Part shown: piece by piece, positions 10,001 through 18,732 of the stretch
Layout of the letters: the number at the start of each line of letters is the position of its first letter
Position numbering within the stretch: position 1 is the first letter of the stretch
Assembly (NCBI GenBank): GCA_947626095.1
Contig: CANQQV010000002.1
Span: 97,092 to 161,091, forward strand
Length of the DNA: 64,000 nucleotides
Direction of reading: 5' to 3'
Source of the DNA: an uncultured Bacilli bacterium
GTDB lineage: Bacteria > Bacillota_I > Bacilli_A > RF39 > UBA660
The notes under the pieces: model-generated
What the model saw: the letters and a program-made list of their open reading frames with translations, nothing else
Told to the model about the DNA's origin: nothing
Databases searched by the model: none
Translations under genes and position numbers: made by a program

Positions 10001-12244
10001 GCTGTCAGGTAAGTTAGCAGAGGATTCACTATCGATAGCTGTAATGTTTTGGGGAATATCACGAATATTGAAAGCTGTTTTACCTTCAAGGTATGGAAGC
10101 CATTCTGGGTGGTTATTGATATTTTTTAGAGTTAAACTACCGGCATAAAAATAACTTTTTAAGTCACTTGGAGCATCAGAGCTTAAGAATAATTCAGGGT
10201 ATAGTTGTTTAAAGCTGGCTGGTAGATTTTCATCGTAAATAGAATCGAAAACACTCCAACTTTGTTTTAATTTTTCTATTAATGTATCATGAATCTTTTC
10301 TGTTATAAGATTATCTAATTCAGCAAGATTTAAATCATTAAAAGAATTAATATTTATTGAAAGGCCATTTAATAAATTTCCGTATGACAAAATATATTCA
10401 ATCATTTTATCTTTGGCACCGATAGAATATAAATAATCAGTTAAGTTCATATACTTGTCAGGTGTTGAAATTACTGGGCAGGCATTGGCAAATATATTGC
10501 GTAAATCAACATTTTTTAAATAATTTTGCCATTCAGGATTCATTCTCATTTGTTGAAATGATAAATTATTGGCATAGTAAAGGTTTTTTAAATCTTCTGG
10601 AGCATCAGAACTAAGGAATATTTCAGGATGTTCTTTTTTAAATAAATCAGGGACAGTTTCAATAGCTTTAACTTTATTATTATAATATTGAGTGCGAATA
10701 GATGTAATAAATAAGTTAGTTAAACGGTTAAGAAATTCTTCATATGTTGCTGGTGGTTCCTCAACATTATAAGTATAATAACGAGCAAAAACATTTAAGT
10801 TATCACCTAATGGACCATATTCTTTTGCAAAACGGATAAGATTTTTAAGACCTAGAGCTTCTATTAGACGTTTATCACTAACGTTTAGAAAGGTTTCAGA
10901 AGTTATTAAAGGGATATATTCATCGCTAAGAATGTTAGTAGACTCTAAATATATGCCAAGTTTTTGAAGCCATTCAGGGTATGATGCACTATCAAAGACA
11001 GAGGGATCATTAGTTTTAACAAAAGTTAAATTGTCGTTATTATAGTAACGTTGAACGATTGTTAAATAAAAAAGATCTTTTATGTTATAGATTTCGTTAT
11101 TTTCACGAGCACTATTTATCTTTTTATTTAATGAGCTGTAAAAGTCGAAATCTTGGCCAATATCAAAAGGTAAAAAATTATTTGTAAAAAGAAATGGCGC
11201 TTCATTAATGATGGCGAGAAAATTTTCAGCACCAATTAAATTTTTAATATCTTGTAATGAATGATTTAAATGATTAAGGAAGTTGCCTTTACCAAAAACA
11301 TTATAGTGATTGACATAGTCGGCCAACGTTAATTGGTTATGAGTAAATCTTTCATAAACATCTTCAGGTAATTCGTCTTTAGAAATAAACAAATTAGGAT
11401 ATTTATTTCTAAAACGATTACTAAAATTATAGATATCAAGATAAGATGTACTAGTTACTAATTGAGCAATATATTCATCTACCCTATCCATCATTAAAGG
11501 GATTGGCTCTATTTTTAGAATTTCCATTATTTGTTCTTTATTAATTTCTTGACCGAAATTACTATATTTTATATTATTAATAACAATTGATAGTTCGTTA
11601 ATATACTCAGGATTAATTTTATATACTTTGACGGATTTAGTTAAACCTAGATAATCAGAAATGTTGGTTAAAAGACGATTGTCATTGCTTTGATAATTTA
11701 AGATACTATTACGTTTTTTGGCAGATAATTCATTTAGTTGTTCATCACTTAAATTAAGTAAGTCACTGATTTCTAGGGTTGAAGTAACATATTTTTTTTC
11801 AAATTCGCGATCAAATAAAGAAGATAAGAAAAGATCAGGATGTTCTTTAACAATTTGTTCATCAAAGTTATCGCGAAGTAAGTTGGAATAGGCATATTCA
11901 ACATTACGAATATTGCAACCTTTAAGGTTAACTCCGTAAGGAGACTCAATACTATCAATTACTCTAAAGTCAATATTAGCATGAGTAGCTGATAAATCTA
12001 AAGGACTATCAAGAGAAACAAGGGAAACGTTTTCCCATTCTTCAAATGGAATATCACTTAAATCATAACTTATTAATTCTTGACAAATTTTTAAGACATC
12101 GGCACCATATTCTCTGATAAATTGTTCGTTATCACTTTCATATAATTCTTTGTGTTCTTCAGAACTAATTTCAAATTGTTTAATAGCTGCAAAATACTGT
12201 TCTTTTAACTCTCTAAATTTTGCTAAAGTTAGTTTTTCTCGCAT
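7085..12244 (-). CDS. Giant hypothetical protein (1719 aa) with six internal repeats and a C-terminal CCQ/WVWR/DNIE domain
   Basis: Long open frame with RBS AGAGGT; recurring FKxxYPxxFLSSxAPxxLK unit. Confidence 0.8.
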   Translation of the reverse strand: MREKLTLAKFRELKEQYFAAIKQFEISSEEHKELYESDNEQFIREYGADVLKICQELISYDLSDIPFEEWENVSLVSLDSPLDLSATHANIDFRVIDSIESPYGVNLKGCNIRNVEYAYSNLLRDNFDEQIVKEHPDLFLSSLFDREFEKKYVTSTLEISDLLNLSDEQLNELSAKKRNSILNYQSNDNRLLTNISDYLGLTKSVKVYKINPEYINELSIVINNIKYSNFGQEINKEQIMEILKIEPIPLMMDRVDEYIAQLVTSTSYLDIYNFSNRFRNKYPNLFISKDELPEDVYERFTHNQLTLADYVNHYNVFGKGNFLNHLNHSLQDIKNLIGAENFLAIINEAPFLFTNNFLPFDIGQDFDFYSSLNKKINSARENNEIYNIKDLFYLTIVQRYYNNDNLTFVKTNDPSVFDSASYPEWLQKLGIYLESTNILSDEYIPLITSETFLNVSDKRLIEALGLKNLIRFAKEYGPLGDNLNVFARYYTYNVEEPPATYEEFLNRLTNLFITSIRTQYYNNKVKAIETVPDLFKKEHPEIFLSSDAPEDLKNLYYANNLSFQQMRMNPEWQNYLKNVDLRNIFANACPVISTPDKYMNLTDYLYSIGAKDKMIEYILSYGNLLNGLSININSFNDLNLAELDNLITEKIHDTLIEKLKQSWSVFDSIYDENLPASFKQLYPELFLSSDAPSDLKSYFYAGSLTLKNINNHPEWLPYLEGKTAFNIRDIPQNITAIDSESSANLPDSNFNLTEIYIKNYGLKSYLDFLLPYSSVINLFKKLNVDLKDTSKEGIESSIEQGLYNVIVNNAFSFAEDFPESFKQKYPDIFLSSNAPQELKDKYYARTLNYSDFYHYPEYYTYLQHIKFSLAFKGVRITNNYLNFIPDDIAYQLITTFGNYIAEDSKVLDSLKDLKTLDQATILNIKDQLINLIKNGQITYDEDVPQFIKQEIPHMFLASNAPDDLKKYYYKNVNYSISFTVLKAHPEWLPFLQNKSILPFYYNTPRIREKELIEFIDHIGGEQQFLKLGLQKPKDVDYMISHNKLDLLEKWYLKTGKKFIPDYVVMETLPFADADKFLAHGKSWSLLMRSGNYRNTPEGVDALIKLAYSFGIFEGDSQAEKRLISIISNLPRNLNSTDQNTIFQMEETILKSFTNPEENRNNMLIGLPEYKKLREVMQKEGFSNAENQPVLPFIFRANENNQYHLILNEQQYPETAKWVRNFMEANNVRGMITPQIAHSLFGSFTLKYDRDFREFLLKNLDEILDNPEYMTYVAAIQKQFDRIKIDNSNRVLTLKLAVDYVQSNKYSNVETGNEDLSRVSAIAGYSQAEFDILQQIFNYGKLRTFSSIPRISSSKDEYTYEIPRLMDAFPIAAGTLSDCCQEIDNWAELDMEHSMTSKHGRLFVIRDEHGKIAAQSWVWRNQNLLCFDNIEVPDKAFERAIQEKHLTKEQFAQIIFDIYVKAAEELIAADEQVYRQLLEEGKITEEQYNSLKLSKITVGLGHNDIATAINKNAIKDQAQPKLPPKYEAPVPLKKELYLTDSRMQYILSEKEGHIKPTDSETLSIHYDEYEEYNKDNIDYTAIKTLKHLEIASSKRENYQLNCNIEDEENAFSELAYNYGVREEGLRLIITPNFAIIYEETPTNINILDLLANTQVNLSNEVKDVSKEVYLQMKLAFLQLLNKGKKIDTSRMLTDVTSLYNDIDSLNTDFTKERGISHGAK

Positions 12245-12316
12245 AATGAATACCTCTTCTACTCTATAATTAATTATAACATAAATAAAATAATATCTAA
12301 AAATTAAATAAGATAT

Positions 12317-12342
12317 TAAAAAAACTAGTAATTAACTAGTTT
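12317..12342. terminator. Intrinsic terminator after the transglutaminase gene
   Basis: AAAAACTAGT-AATTA-ACTAGTTTTT inverted repeat. Confidence 0.6.
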
Positions 12343-14502
12343 TTAGTGACCAAGTTTTGGTGAATCCTGATTGGGAGTACCAAAGGCTAATTTACCAGCA
12401 TATCCCATTGAATATAGAGGTTCTGGTAAAGATTTTTGTTTTGTAATACCTAAAGATTGTAAAAATAATTGATTAATAAATTGGACTTGATATGGAGTTC
12501 TAAATAAGGAAACAAGAATATCTTGATTATAGCTATAATGATGTAAATCATCAATATTTCTAAATAATCCAACGGTATCTATAACTCCCTTATCACGACA
12601 TTCCTTAATTAATTCTTGACAAATTATATTATATAAAGTTTCAGCTGATTTATTAAAAGCATAATTCATTCCAGGACGTTGATCAGAGTAATAATATTTA
12701 ATTCCAGCTGATGAAAGCCATAAGTTAGCAAATAAAGCTTTGGCAAAAAGTTTTTTATCAGTTACTATGTGTCCAGTTTTGATATCAGCTATTTTGTATT
12801 TAGAAGTATCAGTTTCTAGAGGGTCATCTGAATCAACATAAATCTCATATTTAGATGCTAAGTCTTTTAATTCAGCAAAAGTAGGGATATTAATTCTATT
12901 CTTTTTATTTTCTAGAACTTCAAGTTCAACTCGTTTATTTGTACTAAAGTAGTCAATTAAGTCAGGATCAACTACACGATAGCCATTTGCATCATAATAA
13001 CCAATATAGCCCCCAGATTCACCTACTTTACGATCGAGTCTTTCACGACTTAAATATTCATCTACCATATCTTGACGATTGTCATTAAAGAAGTTTCTTT
13101 CAGTATAAATAGTATTTCTTTTTAATACTTCATTGCTACCTTCTTTAACAAGTTCAAAAATGTCATAATGCATTACATCAACGCCACAAATTTTATATGG
13201 TTTATTTAACATTCTTTGAGCAATAAAGACACTGCCATCACTTCTTTTATATCTTCTAGTTGGATAAATAAACATCTTTTGTTTTTCTTGAGGCTTATCA
13301 ATTTCTTTGACACTAGTAACTAAATCTAGATTTTCATTTAAATCTTCATTAATAGTGTTTTTACTTGCTTTACCAATATAATAAGTTCTTTGAGCAAGTG
13401 AGTCTGCAATATTTTCTGGAGAAAATAAAATGTTAACAAGTGTATTTTCGAAATTTAAAGGAATATGTTCATTAAATCTTTGACGATTAATTAAATCAGT
13501 AACATTAGTTTCACTATATAGGATTAATGGTAATTCTCTCTTTCCATCTTTAGTTATATTTACGTAATAGTAACGATAATAATTTGTACCATCGAATGTA
13601 TTATTGCCAATTTGCGCTACAATAAATTTGGTACCATCTTTTCGTTTTCCATAATAGGTAGTATTTTTATAGTTTCTTGATCTATTGGCGCCAGTTTGAC
13701 TAAGAAGCATTTTAATTAGTTGAGGATCAAGTTGAGATAAGGTATGCTCATAATCTTGAGTTTTTTCGCCTGGAGCAGGATGATGGCAACGGCTAAATTT
13801 TTTAACGTCTTGACAAAGCCAGTCAAAACTATTATATTTTCCAGATCTAAAAGTTGTATTGTCCCATGTTAAATCAATTGGATATTTTTTACCGTCAATA
13901 GTTACAATATTCCAAGCATGACCTGATGTTTCTTGACTTTTAACTCCTCCTCTAGCATATTCACATTCAATATTATGGCGATCCATAAATTCTTTAAAAA
14001 TAACAGCATAACCAGCACAAACAGTTTGTCTAGTAATTAACCCTCTTAAACTTCTAATTTCACTAGAAGCTTTTTGTTCATATTTAGGATCATACATGAT
14101 TCCAGTCTTTAATCTATCATATATGTAGATTATTTTTTGAATGTCTGACCAATTTTTATTAATTCCTGACTCGATTTTTTCCATTTGCTCTAATATTTTT
14201 ATAGTTTCATTTCTGGTATAAATAACAGAATTATAATAATAATCTTCTAATGATTCGGTTTTAAAACTGCATCCTTTATATCTTTCAAGTCTATCCTTAT
14301 CATAGCTACCAGCAATTCTAATTGCGACATTTGGGTTTAACTGTCTTATCATAGAAGAAGTTATTCCTTTAGTATTTTGAATTTCAACTAAAATAGGCGA
14401 ATTGGGGTATTGACGACAAACATTATTAATACGGTTAATATCTAGGGGTTCATTTAAAGCAAATGTAATTTTATACAGATAATCATATTTCATTATACTC
14501 AC
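12343..14502 (-). CDS. Transglutaminase-like (Cys-His-Asp) domain protein
   Basis: VCAGYA, GHAWN and IDLTWD triad motifs; long uncharacterised C-terminus; no signal peptide evident. Confidence 0.8.
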   Translation of the reverse strand: MSIMKYDYLYKITFALNEPLDINRINNVCRQYPNSPILVEIQNTKGITSSMIRQLNPNVAIRIAGSYDKDRLERYKGCSFKTESLEDYYYNSVIYTRNETIKILEQMEKIESGINKNWSDIQKIIYIYDRLKTGIMYDPKYEQKASSEIRSLRGLITRQTVCAGYAVIFKEFMDRHNIECEYARGGVKSQETSGHAWNIVTIDGKKYPIDLTWDNTTFRSGKYNSFDWLCQDVKKFSRCHHPAPGEKTQDYEHTLSQLDPQLIKMLLSQTGANRSRNYKNTTYYGKRKDGTKFIVAQIGNNTFDGTNYYRYYYVNITKDGKRELPLILYSETNVTDLINRQRFNEHIPLNFENTLVNILFSPENIADSLAQRTYYIGKASKNTINEDLNENLDLVTSVKEIDKPQEKQKMFIYPTRRYKRSDGSVFIAQRMLNKPYKICGVDVMHYDIFELVKEGSNEVLKRNTIYTERNFFNDNRQDMVDEYLSRERLDRKVGESGGYIGYYDANGYRVVDPDLIDYFSTNKRVELEVLENKKNRINIPTFAELKDLASKYEIYVDSDDPLETDTSKYKIADIKTGHIVTDKKLFAKALFANLWLSSAGIKYYYSDQRPGMNYAFNKSAETLYNIICQELIKECRDKGVIDTVGLFRNIDDLHHYSYNQDILVSLFRTPYQVQFINQLFLQSLGITKQKSLPEPLYSMGYAGKLAFGTPNQDSPKLGH

Positions 14503-15184
14503 CAGCGAATTCTACCATATTTTCGTTTAAAACTAAAATATCTTTTTTTAGCAAATTATTAAATAATTCTTTGTTATTGTTATATTGTTTTTCATCGATA
14601 CTTAATCTTTTTAATTTTAATAAACTATTTAAGAAATTAAAATCATGAATATTAGTGTTATCGATATATAATTCTTCTAATGATTTAATATTTATATCAT
14701 CGCAATTGGTAATGTTAGAATAAGATAATTGTAGATATTTTAAATTGGTTAAAGAGTTGATTATAGCAATAGGTATTTCACCATTAATAATCGTTAGTTT
14801 TTCAAGATTTTTAAAAAGTTTTAAAAAAGAATAATTATTGATGCGACAATTAACAAGGGATAATGAATTTAATTTCAAAGATGCAATTAAGTCAGCATTT
14901 TCAAAATCACAGTTTTCAAAAGTAAAATCATTTAAAGAGTTTAATTTTAAAAAAATATTATAATTATCATTAAAAATATGACCATTTCTAATAGTGATAG
15001 TTGTTAAGTTAGGAAACTTTAATAATTCTTCTAAAAAATTAAGATCGCTTTCGTTATTATAATCAATTACTACTTCAGTTATTTTAGCTAGTTCTTCTTT
15101 GGTAAAACTATTATCTAGTTTATCTAGTTTAAACATTGCATAATCTGCTAAGTTAGAATTTTCAATACTAATTAAATCTTCCAT
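14483..15184 (-). CDS. Leucine-rich repeat protein
   Basis: Repeated LxxLxxLxL units (FPNLTTITI, LTNLKYLQL, LLKLKRLSI); overlaps the start of the transglutaminase gene. Confidence 0.8.
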   Translation of the reverse strand: MEDLISIENSNLADYAMFKLDKLDNSFTKEELAKITEVVIDYNNESDLNFLEELLKFPNLTTITIRNGHIFNDNYNIFLKLNSLNDFTFENCDFENADLIASLKLNSLSLVNCRINNYSFLKLFKNLEKLTIINGEIPIAIINSLTNLKYLQLSYSNITNCDDINIKSLEELYIDNTNIHDFNFLNSLLKLKRLSIDEKQYNNNKELFNNLLKKDILVLNENMVEFAGEYNEI

Positions 15185-15284
15185 ATTATCACTTCTCTCA
15201 ATATAAATATACTATAGATTATGGTATTTGAGGGGTTTTATTTAATGAGCTTTACATATAAAAAGATGACTTAATAGTCACCTT

Positions 15285-16790
15285 CTATTTAATTAGTGAA
15301 TTACCATTTATTTCGACTGGTATAGGTAGTTCTAGTAAACTTAACATGGTTGGAGCAATATCAGATAGTTTACCATCACTTTTTAGTTCAAGACCTTTTT
15401 TGGTAACAATAAACGGAACTTTATTAGTAGTATGAGTTGTATATGGTGAACCATCTTCATTAATCATAACATCACAGTTACCATGATCAGCAGTAATAAT
15501 TAGAGTTCCTTCTTTTTCTTCTACTTTCGCATATAATCTTTTTAAACAAGTATCTAAGAATTCAACAGCTTTAACAGCAGCATCATAAACGCCAGTATGA
15601 CCTACCATATCACCATTAGCATAGTTTAAGATAACAACATCTAAATAGTCTTTATCTAGTTCAGCTAATAGTTTATCAGTTACTTCTTCCGCACTCATTT
15701 CTGGTTTTAAATCATAAGTAGCGACTTTTGGTGAATTAACTAAAATACGTTTTGAATTTTTAAGTTCAATTTCTTTACCACCATCAAAGAAGTAAGTAAC
15801 ATGGGCATACTTTTCGGTTTCCGCAATACGTAATTGATTTAAACCTAAAGAGTCTATATAAGCACCAAATGGGTTATCTAAATTTTGATAAGCGAAAGCA
15901 GTTAAACCATGAACTGATTCATTTATTGCCATCATTGATACTAGTTTAATATTATTAAATTTAGTAACAGGCATTTCATTAAAGTCAGGATTAGTTAAAG
16001 CTGTACACATTTCACGTAGACGATCAGGGCGATAGTTAAAGACAATAATACCATCGTTTTCTTCAATCTTACCATCATTTAAAACAGTAGGAATTATAAA
16101 TTCATCAGTTACATCTTTAGCATAAGAATTAGTAAATAATTCTTCAGGCGTATTAGCATGTTCGCCAATACCATAGACAATAGCATCATAAGCAATCTTT
16201 AAGCGATCATAATTGTTATCACGATCCATACCATAATAACGACCACCAATTGTAATTATTTTACCAATGTTATCAGCTTTAATTTTATCTTCTAATTTTT
16301 TTACATAATCTTTACCACTATGGATATCAGTATCTCTTCCATCAGTAAATAAATGGAAATATAGTTCTTTAATACCATTTTCTTTACACATATCAATTAC
16401 AGCATTTAAGTGTCTAGTATGAGAGTGAATTCCCCCATCACTAATTAAACCCATAACGTGTAATTTAGAATTGTTTTCTTTGGTATGATTAATAACTTTT
16501 AAGATATTTTCATTAGAAAAGAATTCTTTAGTTTCAATAGCGTTATTAATTAGTTCTAATGGTTGGTAGACGATTCTTCCAGCACCAATATTCATGTGAC
16601 CAACTTCACTATTACCCATTTGGCCTTCTGGTAAACCAACTAATTTACCAGAAGCTTCTAAAATAGTATGAGGATAGTTATTCCATAAATAATCAAAGGT
16701 TTCTTTATGCGCATTTTTAAATGCATTACCTTTAGTTTCTTCTCTTAGACCACAACCATCTAAGATACATAAGACAAGAGGTTTTTTCAT
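15285..16790 (-). CDS. gpmI: 2,3-bisphosphoglycerate-independent phosphoglycerate mutase
   Basis: ILDG, GQMGNSEVGH, AETEKYAHVT, DMVGHTG, TADHGN. Confidence 0.97.
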   Translation of the reverse strand: MKKPLVLCILDGCGLREETKGNAFKNAHKETFDYLWNNYPHTILEASGKLVGLPEGQMGNSEVGHMNIGAGRIVYQPLELINNAIETKEFFSNENILKVINHTKENNSKLHVMGLISDGGIHSHTRHLNAVIDMCKENGIKELYFHLFTDGRDTDIHSGKDYVKKLEDKIKADNIGKIITIGGRYYGMDRDNNYDRLKIAYDAIVYGIGEHANTPEELFTNSYAKDVTDEFIIPTVLNDGKIEENDGIIVFNYRPDRLREMCTALTNPDFNEMPVTKFNNIKLVSMMAINESVHGLTAFAYQNLDNPFGAYIDSLGLNQLRIAETEKYAHVTYFFDGGKEIELKNSKRILVNSPKVATYDLKPEMSAEEVTDKLLAELDKDYLDVVILNYANGDMVGHTGVYDAAVKAVEFLDTCLKRLYAKVEEKEGTLIITADHGNCDVMINEDGSPYTTHTTNKVPFIVTKKGLELKSDGKLSDIAPTMLSLLELPIPVEINGNSLIK

Positions 16791-16804
16791 TTCAATTCTC
16801 CTTT

Positions 16805-17995
16805 TTATATTTCATCTAATTCTTTAGATATTTCTTCTTTAGATATACCTTTACCAATAAAGACTAATTTAACCATACGGTCACCATAGAATGGATCCCA
16901 GTCTTTTTGTAAATCGGGATTAGCAGCTAAAACTTCTTTTTGGAGTTTTGGAGATTCAGCCGCTAACCACAAACCAGCTTCGCCAATATTTTTTAAAGTA
17001 CCAGCTTGTTCAAACATATAGGACATATCTTTATCATCATCAAAGTATGTAATACCTTTAACTCTAATTATTTTTTTAGGCCAAGCTTTACCAGCATAGT
17101 CATAGAATTTTTTACGATTCATTGGTTCACGACGATAATAAACAAAGGTATTAATACCGTATTCTTCGACTTCACCATGGTCATGATCATGATGATGGTC
17201 GTGGTGATGTTCATGTTCTTCATGTTCATGGTGATGTTCATGTTCTTCGTGTTCTTCTTCATTATCATCTTTATCTAGTTCACTATACCATCCTGATGAA
17301 GTAGCCGCTTTTTCAAAATTAAATTTTTTGGTAGCTAAGATTTCTTTTAAATCAACTTTAGAATAATTAGTTTCGATAATATCAGCTTTAGGTTGTAAAG
17401 CTTTAATAACATCTTTAAGACTTGCTAAATCTTTTTTAGATACTTCATCAACTTTATTTAAGATAATAGTGTCACAGAATTCAATTTGATGAATTACTAA
17501 GTTTTCGATATCTTCATCATCGATATGATCGTTTAGTAAGTCACCACCAGCATTAAATTCATCACTCATACGTTTAGCATCAACAACGGAGACAATAGAA
17601 TCTAAGTAACATAGTTTGGGCATTTTATATTCATCATAAGCATCTTCTAAAGCACAAATAGTTTGGGCGATAGGAATAGGTTCACAAATACCACTAGCTT
17701 CGATAATAATATAGTCAAACTTTTTAGTTTCGATAATATCTTGAATTTGTTTTAATAAATCAGCATTTAAAGTACAACAGATACAGCCGTTTTGTAAAGC
17801 AACTAAAGAGTCATCTTTACCACTAACTACTCCACCCTTTTCAATTAGGTTGGCATCAATATTTACTTCTCCAATATCATTGACAATAACTGCTATTTTA
17901 TATCCTTCTTGGTTATTTAGAATATGATTTAAAAGGGTTGTTTTACCACTACCTAAATAACCAGTTAATAATGTAATAGGAATACTTTTTTGCAT
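16805..17995 (-). CDS. COG0523/CobW-family metallochaperone GTPase
   Basis: TGYLGSGKT, NDIGE, GCICC, EASG, NKVD and a His/Glu-rich insert. Start moved to MQKS. Confidence 0.92.
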   Translation of the reverse strand: MQKSIPITLLTGYLGSGKTTLLNHILNNQEGYKIAVIVNDIGEVNIDANLIEKGGVVSGKDDSLVALQNGCICCTLNADLLKQIQDIIETKKFDYIIIEASGICEPIPIAQTICALEDAYDEYKMPKLCYLDSIVSVVDAKRMSDEFNAGGDLLNDHIDDEDIENLVIHQIEFCDTIILNKVDEVSKKDLASLKDVIKALQPKADIIETNYSKVDLKEILATKKFNFEKAATSSGWYSELDKDDNEEEHEEHEHHHEHEEHEHHHDHHHDHDHGEVEEYGINTFVYYRREPMNRKKFYDYAGKAWPKKIIRVKGITYFDDDKDMSYMFEQAGTLKNIGEAGLWLAAESPKLQKEVLAANPDLQKDWDPFYGDRMVKLVFIGKGISKEEISKELDEI

Positions 17996-18081
17996 CTTAA
18001 TCACTCTTTTCTTCACTCACTTATTATATTATTTTTTACTTTTTTTGTACATAGAAAAATTAGAAAGCAATGTTTCTAATT

Positions 18082-18732
18082 TTAAGCATCTTGACAACGA
18101 CTATTAAGTTCTTCTTCTAAAGTACGATTAGTAGCTTTTAAGTTTTCTTTAATAAGCTTTTCAAGTTCTTTAGTAAGTTTTTTATTATATTTTTCTAAGT
18201 CGTCGGTATCAACAGTAAATGGTTTACCATATCTAATCATTAAGTTTTTACTACGGAATTTATAATCACCAGTTACGGCACAAGGTACAATTGTAGCTTT
18301 AGTTTTATGGGCCATAGAAACGGCACCGAATTTTAAATCTAATAATAAGACGTCGTTGGTTTTATTTCTTGTTCCTTCGGGGAATATACCAATCGCCCCA
18401 CCATTATTTAAAACATCTAAAGCAGCAGATTTAGCAGCTTCATCATGAATAGCACGATTAACGGGGATACAACCAACCATTTTAAAGAACCAAGCTAGTT
18501 TACCATCAAAGTATTCTTTTTTAGCCATATAATGAATTACTCTTTTAGTGGCCATGATAGTTAGACATTGATCAAATAAGTGTTTATGATTACTTGTAAT
18601 AAGAATAGCTCCTTCTTTAGGAATTAGTTCTTTATTAACGATTTGAGGATTATAGTATAAACGGAATAAAACACGCATGATTGGTGTTAATATTTTGTAA
18701 CCCGTTTCACCTTTAAACTTCTTTTTTGCCAT
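18082..18732 (-). CDS. plsC: 1-acyl-sn-glycerol-3-phosphate acyltransferase (PlsC family)
   Basis: NHKHLFD (HX4D) and FPEGTR. Confidence 0.88.
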   Translation of the reverse strand: MAKKKFKGETGYKILTPIMRVLFRLYYNPQIVNKELIPKEGAILITSNHKHLFDQCLTIMATKRVIHYMAKKEYFDGKLAWFFKMVGCIPVNRAIHDEAAKSAALDVLNNGGAIGIFPEGTRNKTNDVLLLDLKFGAVSMAHKTKATIVPCAVTGDYKFRSKNLMIRYGKPFTVDTDDLEKYNKKLTKELEKLIKENLKATNRTLEEELNSRCQDA

